Position numbers and translations under genes: made by a program
Shown: positions 27,397-36,478 of the stretch, piece by piece
Numbering within the stretch: the first letter of the stretch is position 1
Layout: every line of letters begins with the position of its first letter
DNA from: Candidatus Iainarchaeum sp.
GTDB taxonomy: Archaea > Iainarchaeota > Iainarchaeia > Iainarchaeales > JAFGBZ01
Assembly: GCA_016932875.1 (NCBI GenBank)
Contig: JAFGBZ010000021.1
Coordinates: 1-55,133, forward strand
DNA: 55,133 bases
Direction of reading: 5' to 3'
The notes under the pieces: model-generated
The model's database searches: none
What the model saw: the letters and a program-made list of their open reading frames with translations, nothing else
What the model was told of the DNA's origin: nothing

Positions 27397-29598
27397 ATGA
27401 ATAGTAATTTTTTTGGTGGGGGAATGAATTTAAAATATTTTTTAATTCTGGCTTTTTTCGTGTTATTTGTTGGAAATGCTTTTGCATCAAATTGGTATTT
27501 TGGTTATGGCAATGGCGATTATTATTTTGAAATAAGCAATAACGGCTCATGGCATAGAACTTCAACACCTTATTCATTTTATTATGACGGGTATTATTTC
27601 TTCGATAATTCTTTCAGATATTATTACAACGGCGCATATAATTACTATCCTTCAGGATGGTATGATTTAGGTGCATGGAATTACAATCCTTACACCAGCT
27701 CAGGCGCATGGACTTATAATCCATGGGATGGAAGCTATGCTTCATATTATTCTCCTTACTATTATTACTGGGAATATGACTGGCAGTATAATCCTTCATG
27801 GACTAATATTTATGCAGGAACTTATTACAATTATTATCCTTCAAATTATATTCCTTCAGGAAATTATTACGGTTACAATGGACAAGGATATTATAATTCA
27901 GGAGACATGACTGGAAGTGGTTACACGTATGAACAAGAAGCATCATGCAGTGAATTATATATTTCAAGTCCAAGCATAACAATTAATCCGAATGAAACAA
28001 AAGAAATTGAAATTAATGCAAAAAATAATTCGGATTATTATTTTTATTTAAGCAATGCAACAGTTTACATTGATTCATGGAATGTAAATGCTAAAGTAAT
28101 TAAATTTGATAAAGAAATTGCAAACGGAAAAACAGGAAAAATAAAAATTGAATTAACTGCTGATGAAGATGCAGAAAAAGAAAATACTTATTTAAGAATT
28201 AAATTAAACGGAAGATTTGCAGACACAGTTAATTGTTCAAGCGATGATTTACAGAAAAAAATTTCAATTAATGTAAATGGAAACAGTTCAACTAATTCAG
28301 GAAACCAAACTGCTTACAGTTACACATATTATGGAAGCTATGATTCCTATGAAGAACCAGGAACATGGAAAGATTCAAGCAATTATTATTTTGAAGAAGA
28401 TGAAGAAGAAATAATTGAACCTGAATTAAATGATGCACCTAATCCAAACATGGTTTCAATTCATACACATTCAATTTCAGTTGAAGCGGGAAAAACAGCT
28501 TACACTACATTTATTTTACAGAACATGAGTTCATGGGATTTGCTTGTTGATTCAGTTGAATTAGAAGAGCAAGGAAATAATTATTCAGCAGGAGCAAAAA
28601 TGGTTGACAGAATACTTGTTCCGGCAAAAGGATTTGGAAGCATTCAAGTAAATGTTTCAGCACAAAATGTTTCAGAAGAAACAGTTTCATATGGAAGATT
28701 AATTGTTAATGCTCATTTCAGGGAAGGAACTCCTGTTTATACTGAAGAAGGAGTAAATGTATACATAAGCAAGAAAGAGAATGTTGCTGAATTCAAGGAA
28801 AAAATTGAATCATTTGAATTAATTGCTCCAAAAGAAGTGAATTATGATTCAGGAGCTGAATTTGCAGTTTATTTAAATAATCCTTTTGATTCACAAGCAA
28901 GAGTTTATGTTTCATGCGATAACTGCACTTTAAATAAAGATAAAATTCTTATTGAAGGAAAAGAAAAGAAAACAGAAATAATTAAAGTCTCAGGAGTTTC
29001 AAAGGATTCAGTTATTACTTATTCAATCAGAATGAGCGGAAAATATTTCCAAAATAAATTAACTAATGTGAATTTTATTGAAGAAGAATTGATTGAAGAA
29101 GAAAATAATTCAGATGAAAAACAAGGATTTGTTTCAATTCAAAAAATGAATTCAGTTGTAAATGAAAATAATGAATTCATTAAAATTACTTTGAAAAATT
29201 ATTCAAATAAAGAAAAAGAAATTGAACTTAATTTTGAAGAAATTAAAGGAAAAGTTTTAATTGATTCAATGAAAATAATTCTTAAAGCAAACGAATCAAA
29301 GGAATTAATTATTCCATTTAAAGTAAAAGAATTTACTGAAGGAAAAGCTGAAATTATTTTATTAATGAATTATGATAACGGCTTTGATTCAAGAAAAATT
29401 GAATTCATTGAAGAAAAAACAGCAAAAGAAAACAATGAAGAATCAACCGCAGGATTAATGGGAACAGCTTTCACTGTATTAGGAAACAACACATTGCTTG
29501 GATTAATCTTAATTTTTATAACATTAATTATTTTTATAGCATACAAACAATACAAAAAAACAAAACAAGAAGAAATAATTGTAATGGAAACAAATTAA
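27397..29598 (+). CDS. Large cell-surface protein: signal peptide, Tyr/Asn/Trp-rich low-complexity domain, about four beta-sandwich-like modules, C-terminal TM anchor
   Basis: Signal peptide ...LILAFFVLFVGNAFA. Residues about 32-182 are roughly 27% Tyr. Repeated modules have an ...ITINPNETKEIEI.../...ISVEAGKTAYTTF... pattern. C-terminal LLGLILIFITLIIFIAYKQYKK. Confidence 0.6.
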   Translation: MNSNFFGGGMNLKYFLILAFFVLFVGNAFASNWYFGYGNGDYYFEISNNGSWHRTSTPYSFYYDGYYFFDNSFRYYYNGAYNYYPSGWYDLGAWNYNPYTSSGAWTYNPWDGSYASYYSPYYYYWEYDWQYNPSWTNIYAGTYYNYYPSNYIPSGNYYGYNGQGYYNSGDMTGSGYTYEQEASCSELYISSPSITINPNETKEIEINAKNNSDYYFYLSNATVYIDSWNVNAKVIKFDKEIANGKTGKIKIELTADEDAEKENTYLRIKLNGRFADTVNCSSDDLQKKISINVNGNSSTNSGNQTAYSYTYYGSYDSYEEPGTWKDSSNYYFEEDEEEIIEPELNDAPNPNMVSIHTHSISVEAGKTAYTTFILQNMSSWDLLVDSVELEEQGNNYSAGAKMVDRILVPAKGFGSIQVNVSAQNVSEETVSYGRLIVNAHFREGTPVYTEEGVNVYISKKENVAEFKEKIESFELIAPKEVNYDSGAEFAVYLNNPFDSQARVYVSCDNCTLNKDKILIEGKEKKTEIIKVSGVSKDSVITYSIRMSGKYFQNKLTNVNFIEEELIEEENNSDEKQGFVSIQKMNSVVNENNEFIKITLKNYSNKEKEIELNFEEIKGKVLIDSMKIILKANESKELIIPFKVKEFTEGKAEIILLMNYDNGFDSRKIEFIEEKTAKENNEESTAGLMGTAFTVLGNNTLLGLILIFITLIIFIAYKQYKKTKQEEIIVMETN

Positions 29599-29603
29599 AC
29601 GGT

Positions 29604-30125
29604 TTAGGATTTTTTCTTAGATAACAGTTCAGTATACAACGAAATCAAAGTTGAATAATTATAATATTTTGTTTTAAGAGTATCTAATGAGTTAATTTCT
29701 CCATTAAGTAATTTTTCTCGACCTGATTTTAATTCTTCTAAAAATTTTAATTCTATATCGCCTTGATGTGCATATTCCCCGTTAAGTTTAGAAAAAATTT
29801 CTTTAAATCCTTTAAGCAATGCTTCTGCTTTTTCTGCATTTGCGATATGCATTTCCCTAAATGCTCTGTTGTTTTGATTTAAATCACCAAAAATATCTTT
29901 ATTAACAAATTCAAACAACCCAGCATTAGAAATTTTTGTTTTTGCCACTGGTTTGAGTTGAATCCCCCACTTAGGCATAAACCCATGTCTGTTCATTGCT
30001 TCAGTTATTTCTATTGAAACTCTTTTTTGGTCTTTAACCGCTTGTCTTCGTCCTTTCCATTTTTTACTCCAAGGATTAGCAGTTTGAAAAAAATTTCCTA
30101 TTTTTTCTCTTATTTTTCCAGCCAT
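29604..30125 (-). CDS. Hypothetical protein
   Basis: 173-aa ORF with no recognisable family. Convergent with the surface-protein gene (5-nt gap). Confidence 0.5.
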   Translation of the reverse strand: MAGKIREKIGNFFQTANPWSKKWKGRRQAVKDQKRVSIEITEAMNRHGFMPKWGIQLKPVAKTKISNAGLFEFVNKDIFGDLNQNNRAFREMHIANAEKAEALLKGFKEIFSKLNGEYAHQGDIELKFLEELKSGREKLLNGEINSLDTLKTKYYNYSTLISLYTELLSKKKS

Positions 30126-30196
30126 TTAATTCACCACTAAAAGTAATGTTTTAAGGGTTTTTAATTGTTTTTTTGAAAAAATGAAAGAGTAACCTA

Positions 30197-30203
30197 TTTA
30201 AAT
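30197..30203 (+). promoter_or_regulatory. TATA-like box of the L3 operon (leader of about 130-150 nt)
   Basis: TTTAAAT within CCTATTTAAATGTTTCCAGCAAAGAAT, matching the tuf upstream box. Confidence 0.4.
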
Positions 30204-30354
30204 GTTTCCAGCAAAGAATTAGTACTATATATTTAGTAAACTGTATTCGTGGAGAACCTTTGCGGATATAACTACTAGAAAACAGATGCTGTTTTTTAGT
30301 TTGAATTTAATGATTCCAGAGTTTTTTCTGGATTTAGGCTAAGGAGAATTAAAG

Positions 30355-31377
30355 ATGAATGAAATACATAAACCGCGTTCAGGTAGTCTTGCCTATTACC
30401 CTAAAGTAAGGGCAAAAAAGCATACTCCTAGCTTCAGCTCTTTTTTACTTAATTCTGATTCAGATGCAATGCCTGTAAATTTTATGGGTTATAAAGCAGG
30501 AATGACAACTGTTTTTGCTTTAAATCAACAGCAGAAGTCACCTAAATTTAATATGGAAATTCCTGTTCCAGCAACAGTAATTGAATGCCCTCCAATAAAA
30601 GTTTTTGGAATAAGAGCTTATACAAATACATTGCAGGGAAAAAAAGTTTTAATTGATGTTTTAACTGATAAAACAGATAAGGAAATGAGTAAAAAAATCC
30701 ATTCATTCCTTAATTCAAAGAAAAAAGATAATAAGAAAAACTCTGTTTTAGATATTGAAAAAGATATAAAAGAAGTTTCAGAAATAAGATTGCTTGCATT
30801 TACTCAGCCAAAATTAACTGGAATTGGCAAAAAAAAGCCTGATTTAACTGAAATTGCATTGAATGGAACTGTTGAAAAACAATTTACTTTTGCAAAGGAA
30901 AAGCTTGGAAAAGAACTTAAAGCAAGTGAAATATTTAAACAAAACCAGCAGGTTGATGTTAAAGCAGTTGATAAAGGCAAAGGATTTGTTGGTGTTGTTA
31001 AAAGAGCAGGCGTTAAAGTTCACCGCCCTAAAGCTAAAAAGCATAGAATTGTTGGTTCGATTGGCCCATGGAAACCAGCTACAATAATGTGGACTGTTGC
31101 AAGACCAGGACAATTAGGTTATCAGAATAGAACTGAATTCAATAAAATGATTTTAATTATTTCAGATGAAACAGTAAAAGTCAATCCAAAAAAAGGATTC
31201 GGCAAATATGGTTTGGTTAAAAATGAATTTATTTTATTAACTGGTTCAGTGCCTGGAGCAGTAAAAAGACCTATTGCAATCAGAAACGCAATAAGGGCTG
31301 ATGAAAAAACAAGGCCTAGATTAAGTGAAATAACTTCTTTTTCTCATTTAACTGAAAAACAGGGAGTCAAAGCATAA
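30355..31377 (+). CDS. rpl3: Ribosomal protein uL3
   Basis: HKPRSGSLAYYPKVRAKK and FMGYKAGMT. AAGGAG SD. Confidence 0.92.
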   Translation: MNEIHKPRSGSLAYYPKVRAKKHTPSFSSFLLNSDSDAMPVNFMGYKAGMTTVFALNQQQKSPKFNMEIPVPATVIECPPIKVFGIRAYTNTLQGKKVLIDVLTDKTDKEMSKKIHSFLNSKKKDNKKNSVLDIEKDIKEVSEIRLLAFTQPKLTGIGKKKPDLTEIALNGTVEKQFTFAKEKLGKELKASEIFKQNQQVDVKAVDKGKGFVGVVKRAGVKVHRPKAKKHRIVGSIGPWKPATIMWTVARPGQLGYQNRTEFNKMILIISDETVKVNPKKGFGKYGLVKNEFILLTGSVPGAVKRPIAIRNAIRADEKTRPRLSEITSFSHLTEKQGVKA

Positions 31378-31388
31378 AGTGATTTTTA

Positions 31389-32174
31389 ATGAATGCAAGT
31401 GTTTACTCTATTACCGGAACTAAAGGAAAGGAAATAAAACTTCCAAAATCATTTGCTTCAAAAGTTGATTTTGAATTGATTAAAAGAAGCTTTGTTACAA
31501 TGCAAAGCAATTTAATTCAAAGAAACGGTCCTTCAAGAAGATCTGGACGAGAAAATACAGCAAGATATGTTGGAAGAAGAAGCAGTAGAGATAAAATAAT
31601 TAATACAGAACATGCAAGACTTCCAAGAATGAGAAACAGAAGAAGCATTCTTGCAGGAACTGTTGCAGGTGTTTCACATGCAGTCGGCGGTCCAAGAGCA
31701 CATAGATTAACTCCAGATAAAATAACTGAAGAAAAAATGAACAGAAAAGAAAACAGAAAAGCAATTGATTCAGCTATTGCTGCAACAACTAAAATTGAAC
31801 TTATAAAACAAAAACATTTAATTAACGAAAATCTTTCACTTCCATTAATTGTTGAAGCAAAATTTGAAGAATTAACTAAAACAACTGAAGTGAAAAAAGT
31901 GCTTGAAGCATTAAATGTTTATATGGACATAGAAAATTCAAAAGATAAAAGAAAAATACGTGCAGGAAAAGGAAAAATGCGCGGAAGAAAATACAAGCAT
32001 AAAAAATCATTGCTTATTGTTGCTGAAAAAACAGATAATATTTTCAGAGCTGCAAGAAACCTTGAAGGTGTTGAAGTAGTAAAAGCAAAGGATTTGAATG
32101 CAATGCTTTTAGCTCCAGGCGGAGTTCCTGGAAGATTAACTTTATGGACTGAAAATGCAATTAATTCAATGTGA
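31389..32174 (+). CDS. rpl4: Ribosomal protein uL4
   Basis: VYSITGTKGKEIKLP... and GRENTARYVGRRS...ARLPR. Confidence 0.9.
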   Translation: MNASVYSITGTKGKEIKLPKSFASKVDFELIKRSFVTMQSNLIQRNGPSRRSGRENTARYVGRRSSRDKIINTEHARLPRMRNRRSILAGTVAGVSHAVGGPRAHRLTPDKITEEKMNRKENRKAIDSAIAATTKIELIKQKHLINENLSLPLIVEAKFEELTKTTEVKKVLEALNVYMDIENSKDKRKIRAGKGKMRGRKYKHKKSLLIVAEKTDNIFRAARNLEGVEVVKAKDLNAMLLAPGGVPGRLTLWTENAINSM

Positions 32175-32180
32175 TGATTT

Positions 32181-32561
32181 ATGGCAGAAAAAAAAATTAA
32201 AACAAAAAAAGAAGAAAAAGTTAAGGCATCAGTTGAAAAGCCTAAAACTGAAGAAAAAAAAATTAAAACTAAAATGCCTGAAGCATCAAGAGAAGAATTA
32301 ATCAAAGCATATGATATTTTAAAGCATCCATTGATTACTGAAAAAGCAGTTGGATTTATTGAAAGTGAAAACAAGCTTTCATTTATTGTTGAAAATACTG
32401 CAACTAAACCAGAAATAAAAAAAGCAGTTGAAGATTTATTTCAGGTTAAAGTACAGGAAATTAATATTTTAAGAGATACTAAAGCAAGAAAAAAAGCATT
32501 TGTAAGAATTTCAAAGGAATTTAAAGCAAGCGATGTTGCAACTAAATTAGGTGTATTATAA
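32181..32561 (+). CDS. rpl23: Ribosomal protein uL23 with a Lys-rich N-terminal extension
   Basis: ILKHPLITEKAV...NKLSFIV...KPEIKKAVEDLFQVKV. Confidence 0.9.
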   Translation: MAEKKIKTKKEEKVKASVEKPKTEEKKIKTKMPEASREELIKAYDILKHPLITEKAVGFIESENKLSFIVENTATKPEIKKAVEDLFQVKVQEINILRDTKARKKAFVRISKEFKASDVATKLGVL

Positions 32562-33274
32562 TGGCAAGACGAACTCGAACTCAAAGAGCAGGAAAAGGCG
32601 GAAATACTTATAAGGCAACAATTCATTCAAGAGCTAAAGCAAAATACCCGCAGGCAAAAGAAGAATTGTTTTCAGGAGAAGTAATGAATTTAGTTACTGA
32701 TCCAAGCAAAAGCGGAATTCTTGCAGAAATTGAACTTGATAATAAATTAAAATTTTACACTATTGCAGCAGAAGGAATTTATGTAGGACAAAAAATCCAA
32801 CTTGGAAAAAAATCAGAACTTAATATTGGAAACGTTATTCCTTTAATGGATTTGCCTGAAGGTGCACCAGTATTTAATATTGAAAAAACTCCAGGAGACG
32901 GAGGAAAATTTATTCGTTCAAGCGGAGCTTATGCTTTAATTATTACTAAAGATAACAAAAATGTTTACTTAAAAATGCCTTCAGGAAAAAACAAGGCATT
33001 TAATCCAGAATGCCGTGCAACAATTGGTTTAAGTGCCTGCGGCGGAAGAACTGGAAAACCATTAGTTAAAGCAGGAAACGCATTTTTTGCAAAAAAAGCA
33101 AAAGGACATAAATGGCCTACAGTACGCGGAGTAGCAATGAATGCAATAGACCATCCATTTGGTGGTTCACAGCATCATGCAGGTAAATCAAAATCAACTG
33201 CAAGAAATGCTCCGCCAGGAAGAAAAGTAGGTGCAATTGCATCAAAGAGAACTGGAAGGAGAAAGAAAAATTAA
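32561..33274 (+). CDS. rpl2: Ribosomal protein uL2
   Basis: WPTVRGVAMNAIDHPFGGSQHHAGKSKSTARNAPPGRKVG. Confidence 0.95.
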   Translation: MARRTRTQRAGKGGNTYKATIHSRAKAKYPQAKEELFSGEVMNLVTDPSKSGILAEIELDNKLKFYTIAAEGIYVGQKIQLGKKSELNIGNVIPLMDLPEGAPVFNIEKTPGDGGKFIRSSGAYALIITKDNKNVYLKMPSGKNKAFNPECRATIGLSACGGRTGKPLVKAGNAFFAKKAKGHKWPTVRGVAMNAIDHPFGGSQHHAGKSKSTARNAPPGRKVGAIASKRTGRRKKN

Positions 33275-33285
33275 AGTGATTTAAT

Positions 33286-33690
33286 ATGGCAAAGGAATTT
33301 ACATTCAAAGGAAAAACAATTCAGGAATTACAGGCAATGAGCATTAATGATTTTGCAAAGCTTATTCCAAGCCGTGCAAGAAGAACACTTGAAAGAAACG
33401 GAATGGATAAAACAGTTCTTGAAAAAATAGGAAAAGCAAGAAAATCAGCTGATGCAGGAAAATACCCTAAACCAATAAGAACTCATTTAAGAGACCAAGT
33501 AATTATTCCTTCAATGATCGGATTAAATTTCGCTGTTTACAATGGAAAAGAATTCAGCGTATTTGAAATAAAACAAGGAATGTTAGGACATTGCTTGGGA
33601 GAATTTTCATTTACTAGAAAAAGATTAACCCACGGAAAAGCAGGAATCGGTGCAACAAGATCAAGCACTGCAATAACCGCAAGAGGATGA
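33286..33690 (+). CDS. rps19: Ribosomal protein uS19
   Basis: FAVYNGKEFSVFEIKQGMLGHCLGEFSFTRK. Confidence 0.92.
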   Translation: MAKEFTFKGKTIQELQAMSINDFAKLIPSRARRTLERNGMDKTVLEKIGKARKSADAGKYPKPIRTHLRDQVIIPSMIGLNFAVYNGKEFSVFEIKQGMLGHCLGEFSFTRKRLTHGKAGIGATRSSTAITARG

Positions 33691-34163
33691 TTGAATTGGC
33701 TAAAAAAAATTATCACTGTGAATTCAATGAAAAAACAGATGCAAGAGCAGTTGCTTCAAACCAGCCTGCTTCACTGAAATACTCAACTCAAATAATCAGA
33801 GAAATAAAAGGAAAAACAATGAAAAGAGCAGAAGCATTTCTTCAAAATGTCACTGAAAGAAAGGAATTTATTCCATTAGTTAAATACACTTCAGGTGCAG
33901 GACATAAAAAAGGAGATGCAAAAAACGGAGCAAAAGCAGGACGTTATTCAGACAGAACCTGCGAAGTATTTTTGAATTTACTTAATTCAGTTAAAGCAAA
34001 CGCAGATTACAAAGGATTAGATAAAGAAAAACTTTTGATTAAAAATGTTTTTGCTTCAACAGGATACCAAAAAATAAGTTACCAGAAACAAGGAAGAATT
34101 GCAGGAAAAAGAAGAAAAAGAAAATCAGTGCATTTAGAAATAGTTGTAACGGAGGCGAAATAA
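33687..34163 (+). CDS. rpl22: Ribosomal protein uL22
   Basis: ARAVASNQPASLKYSTQIIREIKGKTMKRAEAFLQNV. The start could instead be TTG 33696. Confidence 0.88.
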   Translation: MIELAKKNYHCEFNEKTDARAVASNQPASLKYSTQIIREIKGKTMKRAEAFLQNVTERKEFIPLVKYTSGAGHKKGDAKNGAKAGRYSDRTCEVFLNLLNSVKANADYKGLDKEKLLIKNVFASTGYQKISYQKQGRIAGKRRKRKSVHLEIVVTEAK

Positions 34164-34164
34164 A

Positions 34165-35001
34165 TTGATTGAAAAAACATTCCTCAAACAGTCGCTTAAA
34201 AGAGTTGAATTAGAAGATTATTTAAAAAAAGAACTTGAAAAAGCAGGATTCACAAAATCAGAAATAGTGAAAACGCCTTTAGTAACAAGAATTGTAGTTA
34301 ATGTAACTCGCCCTGGATTAGCAATAGGAAAAGCAGGAGCAAACATAAAACAAATAACAACCACAATCCATGAAAGATTTGGAATTGAAAATCCACAGTT
34401 AGAAATAAAGGAAATAACTGTTCCTGAACTGGATGCACAGGCAGTAGCAAATAAAATAAAATCATTAATTGAAAGCGGTTATTCATGGAGAAGCGTTGTA
34501 TTTAAAATAGTAAAACAAATAACTGACAAAAATGCTCAAGGAGTAGAAATTGTTGTATCAGGAAAACTTGCAGGAAAAAGCGGAAGAAAAAGAAAACAAA
34601 GAATTGCATCAGGATACATGAAAAAAGTCGGTTATCAGACAAAGTTTGTTGATTATGGAAAAGCATCAGCTTATCCTAAAGTAGGAGCAATAGGAATAAA
34701 AGTAAGAATTGTAAAACCAGACACCGTATTCCCAGATAAAATAAATATTCCTGCATTGCTTGATTCAAGAGAAGCAAAAAAAGCTGAAAAAGAAATAATT
34801 GAAGAAAAACCAAAAGAAGAAAAAAAGGAAAAAGAACATAAAGAAGAAAAGAAAAAAGAAACAAAACAGGAAAAACCAAAAGAAGAAGTGAAAAAACAAG
34901 TTAAAGAAGAAAAACATAAAATCAGCGAAAAAAAGGAAAAACCAAAAGAAAAAAAAGAACATAAAGAAGAAAAGAAAAAAGAAGTGCATAAAGAAAAGTG
35001 A
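34165..35001 (+). CDS. rps3: Ribosomal protein uS3 with a Lys/Glu-rich C-terminal tail of about 80 aa
   Basis: KH domain VTRPGLAIGKAGANIKQIT and GVEIVVSGKLAG. TTG start after GGAGG. Confidence 0.92.
   Translation: MIEKTFLKQSLKRVELEDYLKKELEKAGFTKSEIVKTPLVTRIVVNVTRPGLAIGKAGANIKQITTTIHERFGIENPQLEIKEITVPELDAQAVANKIKSLIESGYSWRSVVFKIVKQITDKNAQGVEIVVSGKLAGKSGRKRKQRIASGYMKKVGYQTKFVDYGKASAYPKVGAIGIKVRIVKPDTVFPDKINIPALLDSREAKKAEKEIIEEKPKEEKKEKEHKEEKKKETKQEKPKEEVKKQVKEEKHKISEKKEKPKEKKEHKEEKKKEVHKEK
34831..34983 (+). repeat. In-frame exact 30-nt direct repeat inside the uS3 tail
   Basis: AAAGAACATAAAGAAGAAAAGAAAAAAGAA occurs at 34831-34860 and 34954-34983. The 123-nt offset equals 41 codons. Each copy encodes KEHKEEKKKE. 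Confidence 0.85.
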
Positions 35002-35219
35002 TGATTATGGGAAAACAATCAAAAGATTTTCGCGCAATGGCTAAAGAAGAGCTTGAAGAAAAGCTCATTGGATTAAGAGCAGAGCTCGCAAAAGAACGCG
35101 CTGCAATAGCTTCAGGAACAAGACCTGAAAAGCCATCCAAAATAAAAAACGCGAAAAAAAATATTGCAAGAATTTTAACCATTTTAAAAGAAAAGGAGGT
35201 TAAAGCAACCCATGGATGA
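35001..35219 (+). CDS. rpl29: Ribosomal protein uL29
   Basis: FRAMAKEELEEKLIGLRAELAKERA. The start is ambiguous (GTG 34998, ATG 35001 or ATG 35007). Confidence 0.88.
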   Translation: MIMGKQSKDFRAMAKEELEEKLIGLRAELAKERAAIASGTRPEKPSKIKNAKKNIARILTILKEKEVKATHG

Positions 35220-35514
35220 AATTTGTGAAATCTGCGGTTTACCCAAAAATCTTTGCGTATGCAAAGAAATGAGTAAAGACCAGCAAAAAATTAATATAAA
35301 GCTTGTCAATCGCAGGTTCAAAAAAACAATAACCCTAGTATCAGGATTTGAAAATGAAAAAGAAGCAAAGGAATTCGGAAAAGAACTTAAAAGAACTCTT
35401 GCATGCGGGGGAACAGTAAAAGATAAAATAATTGAATTGCAAGGAAACCATAAAAAGAAAGTAAAAGATTTTTTGATAAAAAAGGGATTCAAAGAGGAAT
35501 TGATAAATGATTAA
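35212..35514 (+). CDS. sui1: Translation initiation factor SUI1 (aIF1)
   Basis: CEICGLPKNLCVC, TLVSGF and LACGGTVKDKIIELQGNH. Confidence 0.88.
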   Translation: MDEICEICGLPKNLCVCKEMSKDQQKINIKLVNRRFKKTITLVSGFENEKEAKEFGKELKRTLACGGTVKDKIIELQGNHKKKVKDFLIKKGFKEELIND

Positions 35515-35809
35515 AGGAGAAAATTACTGCATTACCCCTGAAAACATTTTAATGCATGAATTCACGGGAATTGAATGCAAAGTAATTCAAAGCACAGATA
35601 AAAACAAAAAAAAAATTAAAGGAAAAATAATCAAAGAAACAAAAAATACAATAATAATGGAAACAAATGAAGGAAAAAAAATAATTCCAAAAAAAGAAGT
35701 TGAACTTGAATTTAAATTAAATGAAGAAAAAGTAAAAGTAAACGGAAAAAAAATTATAGGAAAAAGCGAGGACAGAATAAAACTTAACTGGAGGAAAAAA
35801 AATGAGTGA
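35507..35809 (+). CDS. rnp1: RNase P protein component 1 (Rpp29/Pop4)
   Basis: ENILMHEFTGIECKVIQS...IKGKIIKETKNTIIMET. Canonical position before S17. Confidence 0.8.
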   Translation: MIKGENYCITPENILMHEFTGIECKVIQSTDKNKKKIKGKIIKETKNTIIMETNEGKKIIPKKEVELEFKLNEEKVKVNGKKIIGKSEDRIKLNWRKKNE

Positions 35810-36083
35810 AAAAAAAGACAAACCATTAAGCATCAGAGGAAATGTTTTCACTGGAAAAGTCGTTTCGGCTAAAGCAAACAAAACAGTTACCATTGAAAGA
35901 ACACTTACACAATTCAATGCAAAATATGAAAGATACAAAAAAATAAAATCAAAAATTGCTGCACACAATCCTCCGGAAATAAACGCAAAAGAAGGCGACA
36001 CAGTTAAAGTTGGAGAAACAAGAAAAATAAGCAAAACAAAATCATTTATTGTACTTGAAAAAATAGGGGAAGAAAAAAAATGA
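35802..36083 (+). CDS. rps17: Ribosomal protein uS17
   Basis: FTGKVVSAKANKTVTIER...YERYKK...EGDTVKVGETRKISKTKSF. Confidence 0.9.
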   Translation: MSEKKDKPLSIRGNVFTGKVVSAKANKTVTIERTLTQFNAKYERYKKIKSKIAAHNPPEINAKEGDTVKVGETRKISKTKSFIVLEKIGEEKK

Positions 36084-36478
36084 AAGCAATTACTGCAAGC
36101 GCAACAAAAGGATTAACCCTGAGATCATGGTGCACATGCGCAGATAACAGCGGTGCAAAAGAAGTTTACATTATGGGAGTTATGGGTTCTAAAGGAAGAA
36201 GAAGAATGAGCCCAAAAGCAGGAATCGGAGACATAGTTAAAGTAGTAATAAAAAAAGGAAAACCTGAAATGAGAAAAAAAGTTGAAAAAGCAGTAGTAAT
36301 ACGCGTAAAAAAAGAATACAGACGAGCAACAGGTGAAAGAATAAAATTTGAAGACAATGCAGTTGTATTGGTTGATGATAAAGGCTTGCCGAAAGCATCA
36401 GAAATAAAAGGAGTAGTCGCAAAAGAAGCGGCTGAAAGATTCCCTAAATTAGCAGGAATCTCGGCAGGAGTGGTTTAA
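36080..36478 (+). CDS. rpl14: Ribosomal protein uL14
   Basis: CADNSGAKEVYIMGV...GDIVKVVIKKG...IKFEDNAVVLVD. Confidence 0.93.
   Translation: MKAITASATKGLTLRSWCTCADNSGAKEVYIMGVMGSKGRRRMSPKAGIGDIVKVVIKKGKPEMRKKVEKAVVIRVKKEYRRATGERIKFEDNAVVLVDDKGLPKASEIKGVVAKEAAERFPKLAGISAGVV

Noticed and set aside
27347-27910. Three small ORFs overlapping the Tyr-rich region and its promoter (27347-27577 minus, 27614-27799 minus, 27671-27910 plus).
   Set aside because: They are by-products of the TAT/TAC/AAT-rich repeat-like coding sequence. The long frame with a signal peptide and TM anchor explains the region.
34671-35018. Minus-strand ORFs antisense to the uS3 tail (34671-35018, 34676-34879, 34765-34989, 34922-35182), translating to F/L/S-rich strings.
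   Set aside because: They mirror the AAG/GAA-rich coding strand of a clearly conserved ribosomal protein gene. Low-complexity Phe/Leu translations are the expected antisense artefact.
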